NCBI GenBank assembly: GCA_033762915.1
Contig: JANRLD010000006.1
Span: 1 to 64,000 of the forward strand
DNA length: 64,000 bases
Direction of reading: 5' to 3'
From: Meiothermus sp.
GTDB taxonomy: Bacteria > Deinococcota > Deinococci > Deinococcales > Thermaceae
Part shown: positions 22,823-31,861 of the stretch, piece after piece
How the letters are laid out: the number at the start of each line of letters is the position of its first letter
Position numbering within the stretch: position 1 is the first letter of the stretch
The notes under the pieces: generated by a model
Database searches by the model: none
Told to the model about the DNA's origin: nothing
What the model saw: the letters and a program-made list of their open reading frames with translations, nothing else
Program-made: the position numbers and the translations under genes

Positions 22823-24079
22823 ATGGGTAAGGGTTGGTGGGTGCTGTTGGTGGCGCTGGTGCTGGGCATCGGGATGGCTCAGCCAGTCAAGATTCGCTTT
22901 GTCAGCCTAGCCTGGCAAACCGAAGCGGTTAAATCGGTGAAAGACGTGGTGGCGGAGTGGAACGCCCGCAACCCCAACGTACAGGTGGAGTACCAGCAGG
23001 TGGACTGGGGCTCGATCCAGGACTACATGACCACCTCGTTCCAAGCCAAGAACGTGCCGGATATCTTCCACTACGAGTCCAACCCGGTGCTGGACTTCGG
23101 CAACCGGGGGTTCTTGCTCGACCTCGCGCCGCTAATCCCCGCCGAGATGAGGCAGGACATCCTGCCCGGGGCCTGGCGCACCGTGACCGACGCCAAGGGC
23201 GCGATTTACGGCATCCCCTATCTGGTCGAACCCCTGATTGTGCTGTACAACCGCAAGCTGTTCACCCAGGCTAAGGTTGCGCTGCCCAAGGAGGGCGAGG
23301 TCTGGACCTGGGACGACCTGCGCCGCACCGCCAAGGCACTCACCACCCCCACCCAGTTTGGCTGCGCCTGGCCGCTACGCAACGCAGGCAACCGCATCCT
23401 CAACCTGAGTGTGGGCTTCGGGGGCGACTACTTTAGCAAGACCGGTGACAAGTTTGCGGTTAAGGTGGGGGCAGAGGAGAAGCAACTGCTCTCCACCATT
23501 CTGGCGATGCTCTACGAGGACAAGAGCTGCTCCACGGATGGACTGGGCATAACCAGCTCCGAGCTGGTTCCGGCATTCTTGGCTGGCAAGTACGCCATGC
23601 TGCCTGGTGTGGGAGCCTTCTTGCGGCAGCAGATTATCGAGAAAGCCCCGAAAGATTTCGCCTGGGGCGTGCTGCCTCCCTTGAAAGCCAAGACCCAGGA
23701 CCAGGGCAGCGTCTCGCAAACTTTCAGCATCCCCAAGGACTCTAAGTACCCCCGTGAAGCCATGCAGTTCATCACCTTCGCCCTCAACCGGGTCAACATG
23801 GCCAAGCTGGCTGCCGGCGACTGGCTGATACCCACCCGCCGCACCAGCGTGCTGCTGCCGCCTTTCGCCACCAATGCCAACGGCTGGAAGACCTCGGTAG
23901 ACTCCGCTAGGTTCCTGACCTTCCCGCTCTGGCAGCAGGTGAACGGGGTAGCCGAATTCCGCACACGGGTGCTGAACCCCAAGCTCCAGCTCTTGTTCGC
24001 CAACCGCCTCTCGATCGACGACTTCGCCAAACAGGTCGAGGCCGAGGGCAACGAAATCATGAAGAAGTATTACCCATGA
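22823..24079 (+). CDS. Sugar ABC substrate-binding protein
   Basis: Signal peptide, GAIYGIP, YNRKLF, WTWDDL motifs; AGGAGG RBS. Confidence 0.9.
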   Translation: MGKGWWVLLVALVLGIGMAQPVKIRFVSLAWQTEAVKSVKDVVAEWNARNPNVQVEYQQVDWGSIQDYMTTSFQAKNVPDIFHYESNPVLDFGNRGFLLDLAPLIPAEMRQDILPGAWRTVTDAKGAIYGIPYLVEPLIVLYNRKLFTQAKVALPKEGEVWTWDDLRRTAKALTTPTQFGCAWPLRNAGNRILNLSVGFGGDYFSKTGDKFAVKVGAEEKQLLSTILAMLYEDKSCSTDGLGITSSELVPAFLAGKYAMLPGVGAFLRQQIIEKAPKDFAWGVLPPLKAKTQDQGSVSQTFSIPKDSKYPREAMQFITFALNRVNMAKLAAGDWLIPTRRTSVLLPPFATNANGWKTSVDSARFLTFPLWQQVNGVAEFRTRVLNPKLQLLFANRLSIDDFAKQVEAEGNEIMKKYYP

Positions 24080-24297
24080 GCTGACCCCCTTGCGGAGGGC
24101 CGGGGTGGGTGCGCGGCGAGGATCGCGGCAGCCAAAGTCCACGCGTGGACCCTCCCCGCCCCTGCCCTGCCCTCCCGGCCGCGAAGCGGTCGCAGGGGGG
24201 ATCTGAGGGTGCGACGAATCGGCGCCGGGGTCAGAAGTGCGGTGTGTTCACGCACCCGACGCCTCCCGTAAGCGAACACCAGAAAGGAGCCTGAGCG

Positions 24298-25440
24298 ATG
24301 GCAGTGAGCATTTGGGACGGGGCAAGGGGCTGTATCTACGGCGGGGCGGTGGGCGACGCCATGGGCGGCTCCACCGAGGGGGCCAGCGTGGAGATGATCC
24401 ACCAGCGCTTTGGCGGTTATGTCACCGACTTCGTCGGGCCGTTCAACGAGGACTGGCGGAATGCCAAGCCCCACGCCCCCTTCCACAAGGGCCACGGGCA
24501 CATCACCGACGACACCCACATGACCCTGGCGCTGAGCAAGGTCTACACCCAGGTGCGCGACCATCTGGACGCCTATCACGTTGCCAATGAGCTGGTGAAC
24601 GAGATTGCCGACTCGATCATCTTCATCCCCGAACTCGAGCGCGAGACCGTCCTGCAAAACCGTCTCTTTTTGGCGGAGCGCTACCTTATCCTGCGGCTGC
24701 GCCACGGCCATATTGACCCTCGTGAAGCGGGAGTGGGCAATGTAGTGAACTGCGGCACCGCCATGTACATGGCCCCGGTGGGCATCGTCAACGCGGGCGA
24801 CCCGGAGGGCGCGTACCGCGAGGCGATTGACATGGCCGGGGCGCACCAGAGCAGCTACGGGCGCGAGGCGGCGGGGGTGATGGCGGCGGCGGTGGCGGCG
24901 GCCCTGAGGCCCAGGGCCACGGTAGACGCGGTGGTGCAAACCGTTCTATCTCTCGCCAAGGACGGCACCCGGGAGGCGATCAAGGCCACCGTCGAGGCGG
25001 GCAGGAAGTGTGCCGACTGGAAGGAAGCCATCCCGGCCTTGCGCGAGGCCATCCGACCCTTCGACACGGTGGGCGAGAATTACCGCGAGCCAGCCCTGGA
25101 CGCCCGCAAACCCGCGCGCACCAAGGCCATCGAGGAGCTTCCGGTAGCGCTGGGGATGTTGGTTGCCGCCAAGGGCAGCTACACCGACACGGTGTGGGGC
25201 GGGGTTAACTACGGGCGCGACTCCGACTCCATCGCCAGCATGGGTGGTGCGATTGCGGGGGCGCTGGGCGGCGAGAAGGCGGTGCCCAAGGCCTGGATAG
25301 ACAAGGTGACCGCAGCCAGCCGCAAGGACTTCAAGGGGGTTGCCGACGCTCTGGCAAGGGTGGCCCTCGAGGTGCTGGAGAAAGACCGCAAGCGGTATCA
25401 AGAGCGCTTGGATGCCTTCCCCCAAGGAGTCGAGACTTGA
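24298..25440 (+). CDS. ADP-ribosylglycohydrolase-family protein 1
   Basis: GGAVGDAMG, ITDDT, NCGTAMY, GRDSDSIASMGGAIAG metal-binding motifs. Confidence 0.88.
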   Translation: MAVSIWDGARGCIYGGAVGDAMGGSTEGASVEMIHQRFGGYVTDFVGPFNEDWRNAKPHAPFHKGHGHITDDTHMTLALSKVYTQVRDHLDAYHVANELVNEIADSIIFIPELERETVLQNRLFLAERYLILRLRHGHIDPREAGVGNVVNCGTAMYMAPVGIVNAGDPEGAYREAIDMAGAHQSSYGREAAGVMAAAVAAALRPRATVDAVVQTVLSLAKDGTREAIKATVEAGRKCADWKEAIPALREAIRPFDTVGENYREPALDARKPARTKAIEELPVALGMLVAAKGSYTDTVWGGVNYGRDSDSIASMGGAIAGALGGEKAVPKAWIDKVTAASRKDFKGVADALARVALEVLEKDRKRYQERLDAFPQGVET

Positions 25441-26744
25441 GCATCCGCATCACCTGGCTCGACCCCGTGGAGCGCTTCGGACACGAGCTGCGGCAACTGC
25501 GGGAGGAGGGCGCAGACTCCGGGGAACTCGAGCAAAGCTGGCTCGCCCTCTCGGACGAGGAGCGGCGCGGGCGGGCGCAGGAGTTCTTGAGCCGTGCCGA
25601 GCAGATCTCGCACACGGTTCGGCAGGTCGAGCGGCGCGAGCAGTTCGTCGAGGGGCTGCGGGGGCAGCCGACGGGGGGATTCACGAGGGATGAACTCCTT
25701 ACCCGTCTTCACGCCGCGTGGCTGGGCCGGGCGGCAGGCTGTTTGCTGGGAAAACCGGTGGAGAAGGTGCCCAGGGAGGGTATCCGCGCCATCCTCCAAA
25801 GCATCGGCGAATACCCGCTCTCGCAATACTTCACCGCCGAGGGCGTGCCACCGGAAGTCACCGAGCGCTATCCCTGGAACCGCGCCAGCCGCCCCACCAG
25901 CATGCGCGAGAACGTGGTCTGTATGCCCGAGGACGACGACCTCAACTACGCCATGCTCAACCTAGCGGTGGCGGAGCGCTTCGGGCCGGAGTTCACCACG
26001 GAACACGTCGCCCAGACCTGGCTCGAGATGATGCCGGCCCTCACCGTCTTCACCGCCGAGCGGGTGACTTACTTCAACCTGCTGAGCTATCTCAAACCCC
26101 CCCAGACCGCCACCCACCACAACCCCTACCGCGAGTGGATCGGGGCACAAATCCGCGCCGACCTGTGGGGCTACATGCACCCCGGAAACCCCGCCGAGGC
26201 GGCGAAGGCAGCCTTCCGCGACGCGCGCCTGAGCCATGTTGAAAACGGCATCTTCGGCGAGATGATGGTGGCCGCGATGGTTGCGCAGGCGTTTGTGAGC
26301 ACGGACGTTCGGGCGGTGATCAGGGCGGGCCTCGAGGCCATACCCGCCGACAGCCGGCTGGCCCAGGCCGTACAGCAGACCTTGCAGCTCGACCTCCAAG
26401 CTCAGCCCTGGGACACCACCCTCGACGCGCTGTATACCAACCTCGGGCACTACCACTGGGTCCACACCATCAACAACGCCGCCCTGGTGGTGGCCGCGCT
26501 GGTCTACGGGCAAGGCGACTACGAGCGCTCGATCTGCGCCGCCGTGACGGGCGGCTGGGACACCGACTGCAACGGCGCCACGGTGGGGAGCATCGTGGGC
26601 CTGATGAACGGCGTGCCGGAGAAATGGAGCGCACCGCTGCGCAACCAGGTTCGCACCAGCCTCAAAGGCTTTGACCACAGCGGGTTTGACGATCTGGCGC
26701 TCAGAACGCTGAACATCGTCCCACCGCACTACATACGCACATGA
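25437..26744 (+). CDS. ADP-ribosylglycohydrolase-family protein 2
   Basis: GCLLGKPVE, PEDDDLNY, EWIGAQIRAD, GWDTDCNGAT; TTG start overlapping upstream stop. Confidence 0.88.
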   Translation: MSIRITWLDPVERFGHELRQLREEGADSGELEQSWLALSDEERRGRAQEFLSRAEQISHTVRQVERREQFVEGLRGQPTGGFTRDELLTRLHAAWLGRAAGCLLGKPVEKVPREGIRAILQSIGEYPLSQYFTAEGVPPEVTERYPWNRASRPTSMRENVVCMPEDDDLNYAMLNLAVAERFGPEFTTEHVAQTWLEMMPALTVFTAERVTYFNLLSYLKPPQTATHHNPYREWIGAQIRADLWGYMHPGNPAEAAKAAFRDARLSHVENGIFGEMMVAAMVAQAFVSTDVRAVIRAGLEAIPADSRLAQAVQQTLQLDLQAQPWDTTLDALYTNLGHYHWVHTINNAALVVAALVYGQGDYERSICAAVTGGWDTDCNGATVGSIVGLMNGVPEKWSAPLRNQVRTSLKGFDHSGFDDLALRTLNIVPPHYIRT

Positions 26745-27601
26745 GCAAGGTCATGCTCTTCGTCCCCGCAAGCGACGGGCGCAAGCTCGAGAAGATACTT
26801 TCGCTGAATGCGCCCGCGTTCTTGATCGACCTCGAGGACGGGGTGGCCGAGAGTCAAAAAGCCCTAGCGCGAGAACTGCTGGAACAACTTGCACCCCAGC
26901 TCTACCCGCAGAAGCCCTGCTGGGTGCGGGTGAACGCCCTCGAGACCCCACACTTCTTCCACGACCTCGCCGGCGCGGTACGGCCCGGTCTGCTGGGCGT
27001 CAACCTGCCCAAAGTCGAGAGCGCTTTTCAGCTTCAGGTCGCCGACTGGTACCTGGGCCAGCTCGAGCGCGCCCGGGACATGCCGGCGGGTTCGGTGCGG
27101 CTGATGGCGACGGTCGAGACGGCCAAGGGGCTGGAGGCCGCACTCGAGATCGCGCGCGCCACAGCCCGCCTGGAGTGCCTCTGCTTCGGCAACGCCGACT
27201 ACAGCCGCGACCTGGGGCTGGACTGGCCCGCACCGGATGGGCTCGCTTATCCGGCGGTGACGGCCGCCAAGGTTCGGCTGGTGCAGGCCTCGGCTGCGGC
27301 CGGCCTCGAGCCGCCCCACGATGGGGCCTCGGCGGAGTTCAGAAACCACGAGGCCCTGGGCCTCGAGGCCCAGGCTGCCAAACACATCGGCTTTGGCGGA
27401 AAGCACGCCATTCACCCGGCGCAGGTGCCGGTGCTCGAGGGGGTTTTTCGGCCGACCCAAACCCAGATTGCCTGGGCCGGGCGGGTGATGGAGTACCACC
27501 GGCAGCACCCCGAGCAAGGGGCTTTCCAGCTCGACGGGCGGATGGTGGACGCCCCAGTGATCTCGAGGGCGCGGCAGATCCTGGAGGAAGCGGGCGAATG
27601 A
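26741..27601 (+). CDS. HpcH/HpaI / citrate lyase beta-like CoA-ester lyase
   Basis: LFVP, IDLEDGV, VRVN, LPKVE, VETAKG, GKHAIHPAQV, GRMVDAPV. Confidence 0.88.
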   Translation: MSKVMLFVPASDGRKLEKILSLNAPAFLIDLEDGVAESQKALARELLEQLAPQLYPQKPCWVRVNALETPHFFHDLAGAVRPGLLGVNLPKVESAFQLQVADWYLGQLERARDMPAGSVRLMATVETAKGLEAALEIARATARLECLCFGNADYSRDLGLDWPAPDGLAYPAVTAAKVRLVQASAAAGLEPPHDGASAEFRNHEALGLEAQAAKHIGFGGKHAIHPAQVPVLEGVFRPTQTQIAWAGRVMEYHRQHPEQGAFQLDGRMVDAPVISRARQILEEAGE

Positions 27602-29541
27602 CCGAGGGCTTCTGGCAGGCCAAGATCATCCCCGCGCCCGACGACCCCGCCGAGTTCCCCGCGTGGCGCGAGAGCCTGCGGCGCTGGCGCGAGGAGGCCA
27701 GGGCGCAGTTCGCCTACGACGGTTCGCTCTACCAGAGGCCCGAGTTCGCCTGGGCCCGGAGCTGCTTTGCCTGCCACTTCGTGCTGCTGTGGGACGAGCT
27801 GATCTGCGACCACGGGAACGGACGCTACACGCCGGAGCGCTACCTCGAGTACGCCCAGCGGGAGTTCGGTGGGGCCGACGCGCTGGTGCTCTGGCACGCC
27901 TACCCCAACCTAGGGATAGACGAGCGCAACCAGTTCGACTTCTACCGCGACGGGCCCGGTGGCCTCGAGGGCCTGCGGGAGATGATCGGGGCCTTGCAGG
28001 ACCGGGGGGTCCGGGTCTTTCTCGACTACAACCCCTGGGACACCGGGACCCGGCGCGAGGACTTTCCCGACCCCCTGGTGCTGGCCCAGGTCGTCGCCGC
28101 TGTCGGGGCCGACGGCGTGTTCCTGGACACCCTGCGCCACGGCGGGCAGGGGTTCCGGCAGGCCATGGACGCGGCCCGGCCCGGCGTGGCCTTCGAGTCG
28201 GAGTCGTCGCTGCCGCCGGAGCACCTTCACGACCACCACATGTCCTGGGCCCAGTGGTTCGCCGACTCCCGGGCCCCCGGCGTGCTGCGCAACCGGTGGC
28301 TCGAGCCCCGGCACATGATGCATCACACCCGCCGCTGGGAGCGCAGCCACCGCGAGGAGTTACAGAGCGCCTGGATGAACGGCGCGGGCGTCCTGGTCTG
28401 GGAGAACGTGTTCGGCGCCTGGAACGGCTGGAGCCCCAGAGACCGCTGGCTGCTGCGGCTGATGCTTCCGGTGCAGCGCCGCTACGCCGACCACTTCGCC
28501 CGTGGGGAGTGGGTTCCGTTGGTCGAAACAGGGATGCCGGAAGTCTACGCGACCCGGTGGAACCGGGACGACGTGCGGCTGTGGACGCTGGTGAACCGTG
28601 CGGCCGAGGATCTGTCGGGCGAGTTGCTCGAGGTGGCCCACTGCCCCAAAGAGCGCTACTTCGACCTGACCCGGGGGGCCGAACTCGAGCCCGAAATACA
28701 GGGCGACCGCGCCCTGCTGCGCGGTGCAGTTGTCGGGCACGGTTTGGGTGCGGTCTTGGCGGTGAATAAGGATCGAGTGGACGCGGACTTTGTGAAGTTT
28801 CTCGAGCGCCAGTACGCCGCCTTCGCCGGCCGCACCGACGACACCAGCTTTCCCGAGCGGCCGGCCCGGCTCACCCCGGTGGAGCCCAGCCGTTCGCGCC
28901 GCGTGGGGGGCGACATGACCGCCTTCGCCGCAGCGGAGGTCGGACTCGAGGCCGCCTTCCGCAACCGCGAGTGCGGCACCTACGGCGCGGCCCCGTTCGT
29001 GGATGTCTGGAAGCCGAAGTACCCGGACTTGCATCAGCCCGTGGTTGAGAAACGCCGGGCCTGGCTTCCGGCCTTTGGGCTGGACCGGCGGGAGGTTAGC
29101 AACGCTGAGTTCAGGGCCTTCCTCGAGGCCAGCGGCTACCGGCCCCTCAACGCCGAGCGCTTCCTGGCCCACTGGGTAAACGGAGCCCCGCTCGAGGAGC
29201 AGCTGAATCAAGCTGTGGTGTTCATAGACTTGGACGACGCGCGCGCTTACGCGCATTGGGCCGGCAAGCGCCTGCCTACCGAGGACGAGTGGCAGCACGC
29301 CATGCGGCAAATGCCGGAGCCCGCCGGCCCTCGAGTCTGGAACTGGACCGAGAGCGAGCACCGTGACGGGCGCACCCGCTTCTGCATCCTCAAGGGCGGG
29401 AGCGACCACCAGGCCTCCGGCTCGGAGTGGTACTTCGACGGCGGCCCTCGAGGGCCCGAGTTCTCGGCCAAGTTTCTGCTGGGCACGCCAGGGCTCAACC
29501 GCCGCTCCACCGTCGGGTTCCGCTGCGCGGTGGACCTATGA
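27598..29541 (+). CDS. Fusion: putative glycoside-hydrolase-like N-terminal domain + FGE/SUMF1-fold C-terminal domain
   Basis: C-terminal EVSNAEFRAFL, DARAYAHWAGKRLPTEDEWQ, VWNWT, GFRC; N-terminal VFLDYNPWD and GADGVFLDT. Confidence 0.75.
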   Translation: MTEGFWQAKIIPAPDDPAEFPAWRESLRRWREEARAQFAYDGSLYQRPEFAWARSCFACHFVLLWDELICDHGNGRYTPERYLEYAQREFGGADALVLWHAYPNLGIDERNQFDFYRDGPGGLEGLREMIGALQDRGVRVFLDYNPWDTGTRREDFPDPLVLAQVVAAVGADGVFLDTLRHGGQGFRQAMDAARPGVAFESESSLPPEHLHDHHMSWAQWFADSRAPGVLRNRWLEPRHMMHHTRRWERSHREELQSAWMNGAGVLVWENVFGAWNGWSPRDRWLLRLMLPVQRRYADHFARGEWVPLVETGMPEVYATRWNRDDVRLWTLVNRAAEDLSGELLEVAHCPKERYFDLTRGAELEPEIQGDRALLRGAVVGHGLGAVLAVNKDRVDADFVKFLERQYAAFAGRTDDTSFPERPARLTPVEPSRSRRVGGDMTAFAAAEVGLEAAFRNRECGTYGAAPFVDVWKPKYPDLHQPVVEKRRAWLPAFGLDRREVSNAEFRAFLEASGYRPLNAERFLAHWVNGAPLEEQLNQAVVFIDLDDARAYAHWAGKRLPTEDEWQHAMRQMPEPAGPRVWNWTESEHRDGRTRFCILKGGSDHQASGSEWYFDGGPRGPEFSAKFLLGTPGLNRRSTVGFRCAVDL

Positions 29542-29546
29542 GGCCG

Positions 29547-30569
29547 TCAAATCTCCCGCTCGGTGCGCGACCGGGGCCAGTCCGAAGCCTCGTCGAGAAC
29601 CTTGATCTCCTCGAGGCTCAGTTTGAGGTGTGCGGCAGGCATCAGGTCGGCCAACTGGGCCACCGTGTTGGCCCCCACGATAGGGGCGGTCATAAAGGGC
29701 TTGGCCAGCAGCCAGGCCAGCGCGACCTGGGCCGGGTGGACCCCGCGGGCCTCCGCGACCCCCAGCATCCGGTCGAGGATGTCCCAGTTCTGGTCGTTGT
29801 ACTTGCGCTCCACCACGGTCTGGGCCCGCGCGCTTTCGGGCAGGGCCCCGTCGCGGCGATATTTTCCGGTCAGGAAGCCGGCCGACAGCGGGCTGTAGGG
29901 GATCACCCCCAGGCCGTAGGCCTGCACCACCGGGGCCAGCTCGCGCTCGAAGTTGGCGCGGGTGGGCTGGGTCAGGCTGTACTCGGGCTGGATCGAGGCG
30001 AACGACTCAAACCCGTGCTTGTCCGAGGCCCACAGGGCCTGCATCAAGCGCCAGGCCGAGAAGTTGGAGCAGCCCAGGTAGCGCACGTAGCCCCGGCGCA
30101 CCAGGTCGGTCAGGGCCGAGAGGGTCTCCTCGATGGGAACCTGGTTGTCGATGGTGTGAACCTGGTAGAGGTCAATGTGGTCGACCTGCAAGCGGCGCAG
30201 CGAGTCTTCGACTGCCCGCAGGATCCACTTCCTCGAGAGCCCCTCCCGCTGGTGCGCCGAGCCGCGCCCCTCCGACCCCAGGTGCCCCATCGCGCCCCGC
30301 ACCTTGGTGGCCACCACCACCCGGTCGCGGTTGCCCCGGCTCTTGATCCAGCGCCCGATGATCTCCTCCGAGACCCCCCCGGGGTTGAACACGTCGGGCC
30401 GCCAGTTGGTGTAGATGTCGGCGGTGTCGATCAGGTTGCCCCCGGCCTCCACGAAGGCGTCCATCACCGCAAAGGAGTTGGCCTCGTCGGTGGTCCAGCC
30501 GAACTGCATCGTCCCCAGGGCCAGCGGATAGACATAGAGGCCACTCTTGCCCAGCTTGCGGTAGCTCAT
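29547..30569 (-). CDS. Aldo/keto reductase
   Basis: [39 protein letters not shown]. Confidence 0.92.
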   Translation of the reverse strand: MSYRKLGKSGLYVYPLALGTMQFGWTTDEANSFAVMDAFVEAGGNLIDTADIYTNWRPDVFNPGGVSEEIIGRWIKSRGNRDRVVVATKVRGAMGHLGSEGRGSAHQREGLSRKWILRAVEDSLRRLQVDHIDLYQVHTIDNQVPIEETLSALTDLVRRGYVRYLGCSNFSAWRLMQALWASDKHGFESFASIQPEYSLTQPTRANFERELAPVVQAYGLGVIPYSPLSAGFLTGKYRRDGALPESARAQTVVERKYNDQNWDILDRMLGVAEARGVHPAQVALAWLLAKPFMTAPIVGANTVAQLADLMPAAHLKLSLEEIKVLDEASDWPRSRTEREI

Positions 30570-30685
30570 AGACTCTGATTCTATAGGCAGTTATTCAGCT
30601 GGGGGCCGAGGGGCGATAGAAGAACGTACTCCACAAGCCGCCCCAGGCAATCCCCAATGGTGGAAAAACTTCTCGAGGAAACCCT

Positions 30686-31861
30686 ATGCCCACACCCCCA
30701 CTCCCCCTGCACGGCCTCAAGGTCCTCGACCTCTCGAGCCTTTACGCCGGCCCCCTGATCGCTACCAACCTGGGCGACTTCGGGGCCGAGGTGATTAAGG
30801 TTGAACACCCCCGGGGAGACGATGCGCGGCGCTGGGGCCTCAGCAAGGACGGAGTGCCCTTGTGGTGGAAGGTCATCTCGCGCAACAAAAAACTTTTCAC
30901 CCAGGACTTGCATGAGCCCCAGGCCCAGGCCAAAGTGCGCGCACTGTACCGCTGGGCCGACGTGGTGATCGAGAACTTTCGGCCTGGACGGCTCGAGGGG
31001 TGGGGCCTGGGCTGGACGGACTTGCAGCAGCTCAACCCTCGGGCCGTCATGGTGCGGGTGACCGGATTCGGGCAGACCGGGCCGCGCTCGAGCCAGCCTG
31101 GCTTCGGAACGCTGGCCGAGGCCTTTTCGGGCTTCGCCTACGTCACCGGACAGCCAGACGGCCCGCCCACCCTGCCCCCCTTCGGCCTGGCCGACGGGGT
31201 GGCCGCGCTGGCCGGAACCTACGCGACCATGATGGCGCTGTACTGGCGCGACGCCGGGGGCGGGGGGGTGGGCCAGTTCATCGACCTCAGCCTCTACGAG
31301 CCGCTGTTTAACATCCTGGGGCCGCAAGCCATCGAGTACACCCAGACCGGCAGCGTGCAGGAGCGGCAGGGCAACCGCTCCAGGCGCACCTCGCCGCGCA
31401 ACACCTACCTGACCCGAGACGGGCACTGGGTGGCGCTCTCGGGTGGGACCCAGCAGGTCGTCGACCGCATGTATCAGGTGATCGGGCGGCCCGAGCTTTC
31501 GCAAGACCCGCGCTACAACAACGCCAAGGGGCGGCTCGAGCACGCCGACGAGATAGACGGCTGGATCGCCGACTGGATCGGGACGCGCGACCTGGAGGAA
31601 GTCCTCCGCCGCTTCGAGGCGATTGAAGCGCCGATCGCCCCCATTAACTCCATCGCGCAAATCTTGTCTGACCCGCAGTATCTGGCGCGGCAGTCGTTTC
31701 TCGAGGTGCCCGACGAGGACCTGGGCGCGGTGACCATGCAAAACGTGGTGCCCCGCCTGAGCCTGACCCCCGGCAGCATCCGCCACACCGGCCCCGCCGC
31801 CCCGAATCACGATGCCGAGTACGTCGAGACCATCATTCGCCAGTTTCAGGAGGAACAGTGA
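30686..31861 (+). CDS. CaiB/BaiF (family III) CoA-transferase
   Basis: LHGLKVLDLS, GDFGAEVIKVEHP, RNKK, ADVVIENFRPG, GFGQTGP. Confidence 0.92.
   Translation: MPTPPLPLHGLKVLDLSSLYAGPLIATNLGDFGAEVIKVEHPRGDDARRWGLSKDGVPLWWKVISRNKKLFTQDLHEPQAQAKVRALYRWADVVIENFRPGRLEGWGLGWTDLQQLNPRAVMVRVTGFGQTGPRSSQPGFGTLAEAFSGFAYVTGQPDGPPTLPPFGLADGVAALAGTYATMMALYWRDAGGGGVGQFIDLSLYEPLFNILGPQAIEYTQTGSVQERQGNRSRRTSPRNTYLTRDGHWVALSGGTQQVVDRMYQVIGRPELSQDPRYNNAKGRLEHADEIDGWIADWIGTRDLEEVLRRFEAIEAPIAPINSIAQILSDPQYLARQSFLEVPDEDLGAVTMQNVVPRLSLTPGSIRHTGPAAPNHDAEYVETIIRQFQEEQ

Noticed and set aside
27175..27597. Long N-terminal extensions in the ORF track (also 738, 1915, 4783, 17720, 35472, 37612, 37677, 44859, 50850)
   Set aside because: They overlap upstream genes or promoters; downstream starts have RBS, stop/start coupling or a -10 at 7 nt.
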